Of a DNA stretch of 64,000 bases, positions 1 through 13,475 are shown piece after piece. Origin of the DNA: Sphyrna mokarran. Its lineage: Eukaryota. The stretch is taken from positions 92,566,001 to 92,630,000 of the forward strand of contig JAGIQG010000009.1 of assembly GCA_024679065.1 (NCBI GenBank), read 5' to 3'. The position numbers and the translations under genes were made by a program. The notes below the pieces were generated by a model that did not search any database, was not told where the DNA came from, and saw only the letters and a program-made list of their open reading frames with translations. Positions within the stretch are counted from its first letter, which is position 1. Each line of letters starts with the position of its first letter.

Positions 1-605
1 CATCAGGATTGAATTCCATCTGCTATCTATCTGCATAAGTTACCAGCCTATCTATGCCCTGCTGCATCGCCTGACAATGCTCCTCACTATCCGCAAGTCC
101 AGCCATCTTTGTATCGTCTGCAAACTTGCTGATCACTCCACTTACTCCCTCTTCCAAGTCATTTACATATATATACATATATATATATATATAGATTACA
201 AATAGAAGAGGTCCCAGTACGAGCCCTGCGGCACACCACTAGTGACCGACCTCTAGCGAGAAAAACACCCTTCCACTATTACTCTCTGTCTCCTATTATT
301 AAGCCAGTTTCTTATCCATCTAGCTACCTCTCCTTATATCCCATGAGCCCTGACCTTCTGAAATAAACTCCTATGAGGGACTTTGCCAAACGCCTGACTA
401 AAATCCATATAGACGACATCAACGGCTCGCCCTTCGTCCACCGTTTTCATCACCTCCTCAAAAAATTCTACCAGATTTGTAAGGCACGACCTCCCCTTAA
501 CAAATCCATGCTGCGTATCCCTAATCAGATCGCAACGCTCTAAGTGCCTATACATTCTATCTCTAAAAATCCCCTCCAACAACTTCCCTACCACTGACGT
601 CAGCT
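1..605 (-). mobile_element. CR1-clade LINE ORF2 (reverse transcriptase) fragment, 5'-truncated, runs off window start
   Basis: ORF 334..594 has QHGFVKGRSCLTNL/VDVVYMDFS motifs; minus strand also gives GVPQGSVLGP and KFADDTK; very similar to the 38060-40354 copy. Confidence 0.93.
167..192. repeat. (TA)n microsatellite expanded inside the LINE RT region
   Basis: catatatatacatatatatatatatatag; the paralog at ~39452 has only tttatatatatt. Confidence 0.85.
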
Positions 606-3600
606 ACTGAAATGAAACTGGTATCAGCAGAAATATCCGAGTGTTCGTAATTGCAGTTCAGTTGTATTGAAAGTGATTGCGGAAAAATACAAAGATCGGC
701 CAAAAATTTGTCCCGAAAGACCAACTTTCCATTTCTAAAATGTGAGTGGGATCAATTTGATTGGAAATAACAAATTAAGTTAATCAACGTCAAGCGAGCG
801 AGTAGTATTTCAGGATGATACGATATCAGTTCACTAAACATGCGTTTGCAAAAAGATAAGTTCGCATTACCAACGGTAGACAATGTTGAATTTCAAAAAG
901 ATAATAAATTATGATAAGATCCAAAAAAATGTTCATTGTATTAATGAACGCCAAGTATCTGGTGAAAGTCCAGAGGAGTGTGCAAAATACAGAGGCCAGC
1001 TAGATAAACAAATCCCTAAACAACAGACAGGCGATTGAAATGCTAGCAACTTAGTTCAAGATTATTTAGATGTTGCTAGGTAGATGTTGCCCTGGATAGT
1101 TGATCAAACACAAAACTAAGGTACGCATAATGAACCTTTAAAGTCCAAATGACAATCTGAACTTTTATTTATGGTTCTTCTGAAACAAATATATATTGTT
1201 TTAATGGGGACCATGGAGCCATTAGTTTCAGCACGAATCTGAAACATCGAATGTCACGTATATAGTGGAATAGCAAATATTAAGGTGCTGAGCAGTTTTG
1301 CAAGGGAATCATCGCAAAACCAAGATGAACGACATTCGAGATTTCGACGTGGAACAACAGAAGGAGAAATCTAAGCTGTTATTATTATGTTTAAAATATA
1401 TAGTTGCAGGCATGGACGTAGTTTTCCTCGTTCCAAAACAAAATACGATTATTTAAAACGTTTGTTATCAATAATGACAGGATAGTACTCATGAGAGTAG
1501 CGACTTGTTATTTTTAGAAAATAATTCCATGGTGCATGAATAAAGATTATGACAAATGTATTGAAAATACTCAGAAACAGTAGATAAATATTTGATAAAA
1601 AAATCGCATCTCATTGATTATTTTTGAAGTGGTTGAAAGGAAATACATAATTAGCATGTACGACGGGAATTTTAGCAGGGTTTTTGATAAAATCTTACAT
1701 GATAGATAACAGAATTGTTGATGAGAGGAAAAATAAAATATTCAAGATAAATTTGCCCAGTAGCAAGGCAGTTCTTTTCAATTCAGAAGTGTTCGTAAAG
1801 TGGAACACATTGTTCGAAAACCGATAGAGGGAAAATTGTTTCATTGCATGGAACCAAACCAACGTGGGGAGTTGGGGGGCACTTGGACGCCTTCTCGATG
1901 ACGACAATATACAGGGTTAAAACCAAACGATAGATTATTGAAGTAGGCTGGTTCACTCTCCATTTTCCCCGCATGGAAATTTTTTCACTCTTTCTATATT
2001 TTTTAAACTCACATTTCTTTGCCATCTGTGTAGTTGTACATAGTGACAAGTTATTCTCTGTACTTCCGTTCTCATTTCTTTGCCATCACTAAAGTCAGCT
2101 TTTTTCACCTATGTGATATCTTCAGATTGTTTCTGCCTCTAATTATCTGCCACCGCATTAATCTTTCATGCAGTAGTTGACACAAACTCAACCATCTTCA
2201 CGGATTTGTGCAGATCTCCTACGTTAATAGCAAGCTCTGCCTTAGCTTGCAATGCCATTTGAAAATTCTTATATGTTACTGCCATTCACCCACATCTTCA
2301 GGAGCCCAGAGCATAAACTATGGAATTTGTTACCATTCCTCATCTATTTACCTCACAGTTCCTCAATTACGACAATACTTAAATAAACGGTTTTTGGTTA
2401 AGGTCTGATTCATCTCAATAATTACCACCCCATGAATCTCCATATCTAACATTCCGAATGGATGCTCCTATGGAGGGCTTGCAAACACTTTAATAGACAA
2501 CATGTGTTTATTAAATGAATGCTATGCTCGTTGGTATGTTCATCTACCCAACAGTTTCTTTAGATTTCCCATTCACTCATCATCAATCCACAATATTATA
2601 TTTCGCTATACTACATTGCCTGAGACTTATTATCCCTGCTGAAATGAAGCGTACCGATTTCAGACGTGTTGAAGGGGAAGAGCAGAATTTTCTCACACTA
2701 ATGAATCTTAAGATTAAAATTAAGAACCACAGTCGGGAAACTCACACAGAACTGCGATTTGATCATCCTTGCCGTCACACTGGCAGTGGACATGCTGCAT
2801 TGAAAGGAGTAGGATACATTCCTCCAGGCAACAATGATTTGAGAGCAGTTGGCGCAAAGCAAGCAGTTGTTATTTGTATGAGTGGACGGCAGCCACTGAT
2901 AGATCAGCAAAACAACAGTGCAGATTTTTTTTCATTGGAGAATTGGGGGTGGAGGGTATGATTTGCAAGTTGGGGTTCAAACTGATCTTGTAAGATTTTC
3001 CGTGAATAATGTCCGTTCCTCCGTTCATAATTAACGTTTTTTTGCCGGGCATTTGTTAAATATTTTGTTAAGGAATAAATCGTATATCAAGGAGAGTTAA
3101 GGTGTGCGTTCTATGATTGTTAAGGAAAGGGAGAGGTTTTCTCAGACTGCTGAACATAAGCTCACTCGGCGCAGTAGAATATCATTTTTTAAATAGTTTT
3201 CGCGTGTGCATTTTTAAATTATTATTTAGAGAAGCGGAATTGTTGAGACAAATTGTTGGTTTTGGCTTGCTACATCCTTGTTTATTGACCAGTGTTTGGT
3301 AAAAGACATTTAGACATAGAGTTTTGTTTGTCAAAACTTTGAGAAAGTATAGAAAATACATGAAATCTATGAAAATATATTTAAATTCAATGCATGAAAG
3401 TGATTGCAGTGCTAAATATAACAAAATATTCAATTAGCAGACAACAATTCAATAGAACTATAATTCCACAATCGTCTTGCAAATTAATTCTAAATTTGCA
3501 AATTCAAAGCTGGTCACACCATGTAAAAAGAAACTGATGTCATTTAAACATCACAGATTAAACTGCGCTAATGGAATTCACAATGCTGATTTTTTTTAGC

Positions 3601-4274
3601 GCTTGTTTTTCTTTGCACAGTAAGAATTTTTAATTTAAATAATTGAATTGATAATTTATTTACTTCGACGTCAATGTTTCTCGTGATTTCTCAACATTTT
3701 TTGTTCTTGTAATACCACTTAAGAGCCTTTTGTTTTTTCTATATCTTCAATCATGATTGAGATGCTAAGATCAAATTATGTGATCAGCTCGTGCCCCAGT
3801 ATTCAACATACCAATATATTTCTTTGAGAAATTTTGCTTGTTTGACTTATGACATGACTAAACCACAAACTATTTCCATACGATTAACAAATCACACTTC
3901 CTCACCATTATACAAAAACAACAAAATCTTCGGCCAGATGTAAACTTATCTCTGGTCAGAAGACAGAGAGAAGTTGCCTGCAAAGAACAATTAAAGTTTA
4001 TGCTGTTTAATCCAAACAATCATTGGAATGTACAGCATCACACCAGAGCAGAACTTCACACGTGACGTTGCTTTAACTATGTGGCTATATGTTAAGAGTT
4101 TTTTTCGCAAGTTCACGAAGGTCATTAAGCTGAAACATTATGTATGTTTTCCAAGACCTGAGTCGCCAGATATCTCAACTTTACCATGCTTCAGTGTTTC
4201 AACATCCTCACTACAAGCGAATGACAGCCCACAATATTGTTTAATTTCAAGAAAAGAAATAGATATCGTTCTTG

Positions 4275-4400
4275 AGGCTAAAAAAAGGATATAGGCGAAA
4301 AAGGGTCAATATATTGAATTCAACAATCATCCATAACCAAAATGAATAGTGGTATTCATTTTGCCGACTAGGCTACTCCAGTTTTGAGTTTCTATGTGTC
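4275..4400 (+). mobile_element. Old, degenerate CR1 3' tail remnant
   Basis: aaggatataggcgaaaaag...catccataacc...gaat...ggctactcc...tttctatg resembles the CR1 3' UTR; heavily diverged. Confidence 0.4.
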
Positions 4401-5337
4401 CAAGCAACGTGTTGCTGGTTTGTTATTTTCGGTGAAGCTTACAAAACAAAACAGAGATGTTAGTAGACCAGTTAAATGCCCCTTCATATCACTTTCAATG
4501 TTGACTGTGGGGGTTGATCCGTGGGCTTTCGTATATTTGTTTTAATTAGTCGAAGCTGCATGGGAAATGGAGAATATCTCTAGGGTTTAAATATGAAGAA
4601 AGTGGAACCCAGCAGATTCTAACAATGTTTATTTCAAGATTGTCTCAGAAGGAGAATTTCGTGAGAGCTAGTTTGCTAAATTAACACGATCCTTAAAGGG
4701 AGAACTAGGAAATCAAAATCTCTGAAGTAACATATAATGAATTTGTGTATTCAGATATCCGTAATTGCTTTATGAGATTGCGCTGAGGGCAAGTTTATAC
4801 AGCCAATTTCAAGTTGCGATTTGAAATGTTGATGTGCTCATTTTTATTTGTTACATTATTCCGGCGGGAGAGTTGTAATATGTTTATGTAACTTTGTACA
4901 CCCACTTAGAATATGTTATTATGACAGGGGTCACATTTACTGTGTCATTTAGAGAGAAGGTTGGACGTAGCGCATTCTCATGTTCTTGTTCTACAAGTTG
5001 ATGCTCAAAATGCTCTTTAAAATGTTCTGTTGAAGCTACAGGCTCATAATAGCTCTCTCTATATTTTCAACTCTCCATCAGCTCTTCCTCTGCCTCTAAT
5101 TTCCAGTTGTCTCCCTTTTTCACTCCGAGTGAGGCCAGAGACTTTTGCAAGCCGAAGCTGCTCGTTAGGTTCCCTTACAAGTGAGTAAAGACATTAGGAG
5201 CAAGAGTGTGCCATTCATATGTTCAAGCCACTTCATAAGATCACAGCTGTTTTGATTGTAATCACAACTGTATTTTCCCACCTCGTGACAACCTTCCAGA
5301 AATTTACTTATGAAGAACGCATGTATCTCCCGATGAG

Positions 5338-6720
5338 TATGGTGACATAATGGTTCGCACTGCCACCTCATAGTTTCATAGAACATAGAACATAGAACAT
5401 AGAACAATACAGCACAGAACAGGCCCTTCGGCCCTCGATGTTGTGCCGACCAAAATAAAAAGCAATGCCCTCCTAACTAAACCATTCCCTTCTCATCCAT
5501 ATACTATAACTAACCTCTTAAACGCCACCAAACTTGGCGCATCACAACAGCTGCAGGCAGGGCATTCCACTCCCTAATCACTCTTTGAGTAAAGAACCTA
5601 CCTCTGATATCCGTCCTATAACTCATACCCTTAATTTAAAGTGTGTCCCTCGGCTAGCTTTTCCATCCTAGGAAAAGGCTATCACTGTCCACCCTATCAA
5701 ACCTCTAATATCTTATATGTTCAATAAGATCCCCTTAGCCGCCTCCTTCTAACGAAAACAACCTCAATCCTTCAACCTCTCTCATGGACTGCCCTCCATA
5801 CCAGGCAACATCCTGTAAACCTCCTCTGTACCCTCTCATGCCTCCACATCTTTCTTATAATTGGCGACCAGAATGCACACAATACTCCAAGTGCGGCCGC
5901 ACTAGAGTTTTGTACAGTGCAACATATGTGCGGCTCCAAATTCAATCCCCCTACCATAAAGCTAAGACTCCTAGCCTTCTTAACAACTTATCACTTGATG
6001 CCACTTTCAGGGATCTATACACATACACAAGATCCTCGTTCTCAACACTATTAAGAGCCTACCATTAGCCTATACTCTACACATTTTTTCCTGCAAAGTG
6101 ATTACCTCACACTTTTCCACATTAAACTCCATTTGCCCCTCTCGGCCCAGCTCTGCAACTTGTCCAATCCTCTGAAACTAAACACCCCTCTTCACTATCT
6201 ACCACCCACACTTTAGTTCATCTGCAAATTTACTGACCATCCCTCAATACCCTCATCCAGATATTTATAAAAATTACAACAGCAGGGGCCCCAAACAGAC
6301 CCCTGAGGCACACCACTGTCACCGAACTCCACGAGAATCTCCCATCAACCACCACCCTCTGTCTTCTATCTGCCAGCCAATTTCTAATCCAATTAGCTAA
6401 ATCACCCTCTATTCCACACATCTTCAGTGTCACATGTTGGATTCCGGCTTTGGTGTCTGTTTCTAGCCTTTGCTTTTTGTGTGTCAGCATGGTGTTTCTC
6501 AGGGTATTTTTTGTCCCATAATCCAAAAATGATTAGGTAATACAAAATTGCCCCTTAATGTGCAAACGTGTGTAGATTAGATAGATCAGTTACGTTAAAG
6601 GTACAATGTTGCGAGAGGAGTGGGTGAAGGTTGTGGTAGGAATGGAAGGACTGGGCGGAATGCTAGTTTTGCGATTTCATTCAGTCTCAATGGGTCCCAT
6701 GGCATCTTTCTGCACTATTG
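5338..6720 (+). mobile_element. Old HE1/V-SINE-like element split by a young LINE (5338-5378 + 6423-6720)
   Basis: tRNA-like head tggttcgcactgccacctcatag before the LINE; B-box-like gttggattcc, V-domain-like sequence (tttctcagggt...tcccataatccaaaaa...aaattgcccct) and CR1-like tail after it. Confidence 0.6.
5379..6422 (-). mobile_element. Young CR1 LINE 3' fragment with (GTTCTAT)n tail
   Basis: (atagaac)n at 5378-5406; RT-like ORF pieces (WIRNWLADRRQRVVVDG, ERVQRRFT); possible 4-bp TSD ttca at 5375-5378/6423-6426; same subfamily as 42249-42697. Confidence 0.92.
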
Positions 6721-7356
6721 TTGTTCTGTTTTAGGTCTGCCTGAAGCAAAAATCCAAAGACCTTGCTTCCACCATTTGAGAAACTAAGTTTGAAAGTCTC
6801 TTGATTCTCCACATGAAAAAAAAATCTCTACATCTCTCTTACATTCAACAGTCGCACTATGCAATCTCTCACCAGCTTCAAAATCCCTCATTTTTCGGCA
6901 CTATCTTCTTTTTTTATTTGCCGGTCGTGCAACCCACTCACGCATTTCAGCTGCTAGGATGAGTTTGGAGCACATTCAATCTGATTCACCTCTCCAGGTA
7001 CGATGCAATCACTCATCAACACGAGCTGCCATCTCCTGAGTGCTAACAACCACCTACTTTGCATTTAACCTGAAAATAATCGTACCGACGTCCGGATGGT
7101 GGAAATCTGAAAAGGCAAACAGAAAATTTCTGAAAACATTACATTCTTTACATCAGCTCAGTTTCTCTCTTCACAAATGTTCCCAAAGCTGTAGCGTATT
7201 TTTTTCCAGCACTTTCCATTTCTACTGCAATGAATATTGCCTCAATTACTACGTTTCCAGAAGAAAAATGATATATTCGCCAACGCGCATGCAAGCACTT
7301 CCACAATTTTGGCTGTACGGAATCACACATGTCGAGGTGTTTCCTATCCAGTCATT

Positions 7357-9599
7357 GGGAAATGGAGGAGATCCTGAATGAATATTTTGCGTCAGTATTC
7401 ACGAACGAGAGGGGCTGGTTGTCCTGTACTGTCTTGGAGGGAGTTGTAGACCCGTTGGAGAAATTATCCATTACGAGGAAGGAAGTGTTGTGGTTTTTAC
7501 ATAATATTGCAAATGTTAAAATCTTCGTGGCCTAATGGTATTTATCCTAGGCTGCTTAGGGAGAGAAGAAATAAAATTGCTGGGCCTCTGACGCAAATCT
7601 TTGTCTCTTCTTTGGACACAGATGAGGTCCCAGAGGACTGGAGTATAGTGAATGTGGTACCGTTGTTTAAAAAGATAGGGAAACCTAGGTAATTACAGGC
7701 CGGTGAGTTTGACGTCAGTGGTAGGGAAGTTGTTGGAAAGGATTTCGTGGGATGGGATGCATATGCATTTAGAGTGCGGCAATTTGATTATTGATAGGCA
7801 GCATGGCTTTGTAAAGGAGAGGTCGTGCCTTACGAATCTGGTATAATTTTTCGAGGAGGTGACAGAAACGATCGACGAAGGACGAGCCGTAGATGTCGTC
7901 TGCATGGATTTCAGTGGGGCGTTTGACAACGACCCCCATGGTAAGTTGGTGAAAAAGGTTAAGGCTCATGGGATATAAGGACAGGTGTCTAGATGGATTG
8001 AGAATGACTTGATAACAGGAGACAGAGAGTAGTAGTGGAAGGGTCCTTTTCTAGCTGAAAGTCTTGAACTAGTGGTGTGCTGCAGGGCTCAGTACTGTGA
8101 CCTTTGTTATTTATAACATGCATAAATGACTTGAAAGAGGGAGTAAGTGGTGTGATCAGCAAGTTTACAGATGACAAGAAGATGGCTGGACTTGCTAATA
8201 GTGATGAGCAGTGTCAGGCAGTACAGCAGGATATAGAAGGCTGGTATATTGGGCAGAGAAATGGCAGATGAAATTTAATCCAGATAAATGCGACATGATG
8301 CATTTTGGAAGAAATAATGTAAGGGGGGGGGGGGTTACACGATAAATGGTAGGCCTATTAAGGGTATAGAAACGCAAAGGGATCTGGGGGTGCAAGTACA
8401 CAAGTCCTTAAAGGTGGCAGTACAGGTGGAGAAGGAGGCGAAGAAGGATGCTTGCCTTTATAGGAAGGAATATAGAGTACAAGAGCTGGCGTCTAATGTT
8501 GTAGTTGTACAGAACATTAGTTTGCTTGCATTTGGAGTACTATGCCCAGTTCTGGTCGCCTTATTACTGGAAGGATGTGGAAACCCTGGAGAGAGTGCAC
8601 AGGAGGTTTACCAGGATGCTGCCTGGTATGGAAGGACTGAACTATGAGGACAAATTGGACAAATTGGGGTTGTTCTCCTTAGAAAGGCGAAGAATGAGGG
8701 GAAATCACATAGAGTTGTATAAGATTATGAAGGATATAGGTAGAGTGAACAGTGGTAAGCTTTTTCCTAAGTTGGATACAAAAATTACGAGGGGCTACGA
8801 GCTTTGGGTGAGGGGGGCGAGGTATAATTTGGATGTTAGAGGGATTTTTTTCACACAGAGGGTTGTGAGGGCCTGGAATGCACTACCAAGTAGGGTAGTG
8901 GAGGCAGGCACGCTAGAGTTGTTTAAAGTTTACTTAGATGAACATATAAGCGGACTAGAGATGGAGGGATACAGGAGACTGTTCTAAAGAGCCTTGGGAC
9001 GTCCCTGGGAATCAATTGTTCCTGTGGACGTTCCAACATATTTTATGGCTCATTTGTCTTACTTCTGAGCTTCTGGGGTTTCCGTAAATGTCTGTATAAG
9101 TTGTGCATGTTTATTGATGTTTCTTTTTCACATCCAAAGGCGATTCGGTCCGCCTTGTTGTCCAGTAAGGGGCATACAGGCAGTGGCTGGTGCGAGGGCT
9201 GTTCTTGGATGTTGCTTCGACAGTTGCCTAGTGCTTCACGTCGTTAGCATACGCTTAAACTGGACCATCTGACGTGCAACATTACTGCTCAGTGGCTATC
9301 ACTGTTTGCTGTGCAGATACATTATTTTGGCCAGTGTCTGTTGGAGTTTGCACATTCTCCCCGTGCTTGCGTGGGTTTTCTCTGGGTGCTCCGGTTTTCT
9401 CCCACACCCCAAAAACGTGCACTTAGGCTGATTGGTGTTAATAAATTGTCCCTGAATTAGTCTTCCCTCAATCTTCCCCAATAGGCGTAGATAAAGGTCA
9501 TGGGTCGAAGAGAGCACTCACAATGTTAAAATGGCGGCGCGGGCTCGTTGGGCCGAAGGACCTGTTTCCCGTGCTGTGTTGTTCTTTGTTCTTTGTTCT
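7357..9599 (+). mobile_element. 5'-truncated CR1 LINE (decayed ORF2) with long 3' UTR containing a V-SINE core and (GTTCTTT)n tail
   Basis: ORF pieces ILNEYFASVFT, PEDWSIVNVVPLFKK, LERVHRRFTRMLPG...FTQRVVRAWNALP (stop at 8987); empty site ccagtcatt|tcaaa at ~20960; att microduplication. Confidence 0.93.
9336..9453 (+). repeat. V-SINE (HE1-like) central domain within LINE 3' UTR
   Basis: ggagtttgcacattctccccgtg..tgcgtgggtttt..ctctgggtgctccggttt.ctcccaca..ccaaa motif. Confidence 0.85.
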
Positions 9600-9983
9600 A
9601 TTTCAAAACGCAGATTTTGATCGGTGTGAATAGAACCGAGCAACCCCAGGAAAGGAGATGGTAGCCAGCAAACTCGATGGCGTTTATGAAAATGTGACTG
9701 GAAAGTAAGAAGGGAATGGAAGAAGCTCTCAGGGAATGAAGGGAAGAGATGATGCAATGTGACAGCAAGGTAGGATGGAAAGCAAGGAGTGAAATGAAGG
9801 AATTGGTGATTTTAAGAGTGCAAATATCTGGGCGAAGAAGTGCATTTGGATTCCGGGGCATCAGATATACACCTGGAAGCATTACATATGTGAGAGTTTG
9901 AACGATTTGCCGTAAAAAAGCCCTTTGTAACTTTTCTTTTCTGCCTTATACGCAGCGGAATGGCAAATATTTAAAATCGACAC

Positions 9984-10055
9984 TGCCGTGATCCGGGTTC
10001 GAACTGAGATTGTTCTACTCTTAGTGCAGAAAGCTAACAGCTACACAAATTGCTG
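9984..10055 (-). pseudogene. tRNA-His relic
   Basis: tgccgtgatccgggttcgaactgag 3' half recognisable, in unit-type flanks. Confidence 0.55.
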
Positions 10056-11445
10056 AAAGCAACACAACGTACGGTAGAAGAGATATGCATCCACAAGCTC
10101 TGCACCACAGAGAGCACTTTGCATTTCGGCCAGGTTATCGAAGAGAAATACATTTTACTTTCAAAAATGTGGCTGCTGACTTTAAAAAAAACCTCACTAA
10201 TGACCCTTTCGGCGGAAGGGCATTGCATGATTCCGACCGGTCAGGAAATTAATGCGGTGAATTAAACGAAGAGATTAATGTGTTTTCGGAAATCGAGTGG
10301 ATCAGACAAGTATGTTTTGGAAGTGAATCAAATCTGATGAATTACCAATTGAATGTTTGCAGTGTTCACACTTTCCCTGACAACGCGCCACATGCCGAGA
10401 GGTTTAATTTCCTTTCTTGATTTTTTGTTTTCCTCACACAATAGGCTTACTTATATTTTCACACACTGAAATATGTCTTGTCTAAAAACGGCATATTCAT
10501 TCTGAAACCTTTTACGCATGACGGTAAACCTCTTCCAAATCTCATATTTTCTGAAATTATATGTATTTTGTCACTCGGTTGATTCCTGGATTTCAACAGG
10601 CAAGATCAGGTTGCAGCACAATCGGTTTTCTTACTTTTATTGGTTACAGCTAATCATTCACGAAACTTAACTGCTAAGTACTCATCATTACATATTTCGC
10701 AAATATTCCTGAATGTTCACTCAGCAGTACCTTAAACACAACATTATCGTTGTGATGGAAACCTGGCGCTTCCAGAAATTTGGTTGTAAAGACTCAGAAA
10801 TATCAAGACATGTTCACCCAGTAATTTCAAAGCACAGATCTAGGTCGGTGTGAATGGACCCCCAGTAACCCCAGAAACAGAAATGGTAGCAAACAATCTC
10901 CACGTTTGCTTGTGAAACTGTGAGATGACACAATGTCGTAGGAAATTAGAAATGGAACGGACGGAGTGAATGAAGATATTTGGTGCTTCCGAAATGGGAG
11001 AATCATGGAGATGTATGTTCGAATTGTAGAGCATCAGAGGCACATACGGGCATTAGACATGAAAGGATTATGTATGTGTCTGAGTGTCCAGCCATGAAAA
11101 TATATCTCCTCCCCCAAATAATTCCCCTCTCCCATTTCTTCGCTCTGCTCTTTGAGCATGTCTCGCAGGATGTGAAAGGGTGAGATGATGCAATGACACA
11201 GGAACGTAGGATGAAACAGAAGAAGCATAGTAATGGAATTTAATGACTGTGAGAGGGAAATATGTGAGTAAAGATTTGCTTTTTTGTTGAATTGCGGATC
11301 ATCAGAAACATATCTGGGAGCATTCTATGTACGACTGCTTACATTATTTGCACGAATTAAAGAAAGTGACTTGATTTTGGAAAGTAATACCTCTTTTCAT
11401 CCCTTGAGCATGAGCAACAGAGTAACAAATGTTTAAAACAGTCAC

Positions 11446-11517
11446 TGCCGTGACTCGGATTCGAACCGAGGTTGCTGCGGCCACAGCGCAGAGTACTAAC
11501 CACTATACGATCACGGC
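11446..11517 (-). tRNA. tRNA-His-GTG: tRNA-His(GTG), U32C variant
   Basis: One change from canonical vertebrate tRNA-His; TTTT terminator follows. Confidence 0.9.
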
Positions 11518-12233
11518 GTCACGGAGGGCTTGCCAATGCGGAGGCTGCCGGAGAGCCCATATACTTCAAAACAGCTCTGCAACGAAACGGCAGCGCTTTG
11601 CCTCTCGGCCGGCTTATCGCAGATAAATAGGTTTTCCTTTCAAACAGTCGATTTACTCTCACATACAAGAGGTTTCCTTACAGCTTCACACATTCACTTT
11701 TTTATTTTTTTTAAGGAACTGTACTATAAGACACGTTCATTCTGAAGAGTTTTGTTTCGCATGACGTGAAACCTTTTCTAAATCGCCCATTTACTGTCAC
11801 TAAAGATATTGTTATCATTCAGTGAACTCGCAAATTTCAACAGGCAAAATCAGATTGGATCACAATCGGGCTTCCTTCTATTGGTTGCAGCTAATCATTC
11901 ATGATATTGAAAATATGTCTCCTCCCCCAGATGATTCCCTTCTTCCTCTTATTTTTTCGCTGAGCAAGTCTCGCACCATCTGAAAGTGTGAGATGATGCC
12001 ATGATACAGGAAAGTAGGATGGAATGGAAGCAGCGTAGTAGAAGAATTTAATGAGAGGGCAAATGTGGGAGTCAAGATTTATTTTTGTATTCCGAAGCAT
12101 CAGAAACTTATCTGGGAGCATTCTATGTGTGACTGCTTTAACGATTTTCCGTTAAAAAATGACTCACGTTTGGGGAATAATTCTTATTTTCGACGCTTGA
12201 GCATGAGCAGCAGAGCTGCAAACATTTAAAACC

Positions 12234-12306
12234 TGACGTGACTCGGATTCGAGCCGAGGTCGCTGCGACCACAACGCAGTTGTACCAACCACTAAATGAT
12301 CACGGC
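12234..12306 (-). pseudogene. tRNA-His pseudogene
   Basis: Multiple changes in T-loop, D-arm and acceptor stem. Confidence 0.8.
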
Positions 12307-13475
12307 GCCACGAAAGGCTTGGTGTACTACTATGTGCTCGAGAACTTATAAACTTAAAATAGCCCAGCAACTAAACGACAGCGCTTTGCATTGCGCCGGC
12401 TATCGTAGACAAATAGCTGTTTTTTTTTTTGCTTTCAAACAGTTGAGTCTCCCGCACAACAGGTTTCCTTGCATTTTCACGCATTCACTTTATTGTATCT
12501 TTTTTTCAAGAATTGGATCATGAGACACGTTCATTCTGAAGGCGTTTTCGCATGACGCGAAAATTTGTTTAAATAGCTGATTTGCTATCACTAGAGTTAT
12601 TTTTTTGTTAGTCATTCAGTAGAGTTCAACAAGCAAGTCCAGATTGCAGCATAATCGATCTTCCACACATTTCTGCTTCCAGCCAATCATCATGAATTTC
12701 AATTTCTGACTGCTAAACACCATATATTTTGCAAATATATCCAAATAGTCACTCAGCAATACGATAGACGCAGCATTACCGCGTGGTGAAAATCTGCGCT
12801 TTCAGAAATGTGGTTGTAAGGACTCACGAATATCAAGATGTGTTCATCCCGTCATTTCAAAGTACAAATCTAGATCAGTGTGAATCGGCCTCGAGTAACC
12901 CCTGAAACAGGGATGGTATCAAACAATCTCCACGTCGCTTTTGAAACTGTGAGATGATACAATATCATAGGAAATTAAGAATGGAATGGACTGAGAGAAG
13001 TAAAAGATATTTGGTGCTTCCGAAATGGGGGAATAATGGATAAAACTTGCGTTCGAATTGAAAAACACCAAAGAACGTAAGGGTTTCAGGCATGAAAGGA
13101 TTATGCATGTGTCTGAGTGTCCAACCATGAAAATATGTCTCCTCCACCGAATGATTCCTCCCTCCCACTTACTTCTTCACTGTGCTATTTGATCATGTTT
13201 CGTAGGGTGTGAAAGTGTGGGCTGATGCAATGAGACTGAAAAGAGGGATGGAATAGAAGGAGCAAAGTAATTGAAATTAGTGACTGTGCGTGGGCAAATG
13301 TATGGTTCAAGATTTTTTTTTTTAATTCCGGAGCACAAGAACATGTCTGGGAGCATTCTATGTGCAAATGCTTGAACGATTTGGCGATAAATAAAATGAG
13401 TTAACTTTGAAAAGTAATTCTTATTTTCGTCGCTTGAGCATGAGCAGCAGTGTGTCAAATATTTAAAACAACGCC

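Larger units (their letters stand above)
6870..11400. repeat. Old segmental duplication of ~20470-22720, interrupted here by the 7357-9599 LINE
   Basis: Colinear diverged similarity (e.g. cttcaaaatccctcatttt, gatgagtttggagcac, cagattttgatcggtgtgaat) in both regions. Confidence 0.8.

Noticed and set aside
606-5330. Host protein-coding exons (e.g. ORF 2515..2961)
   Set aside because: No recognisable domain or splice pattern; AT-rich sequence with faint old LINE remnants that I cannot delimit reliably.
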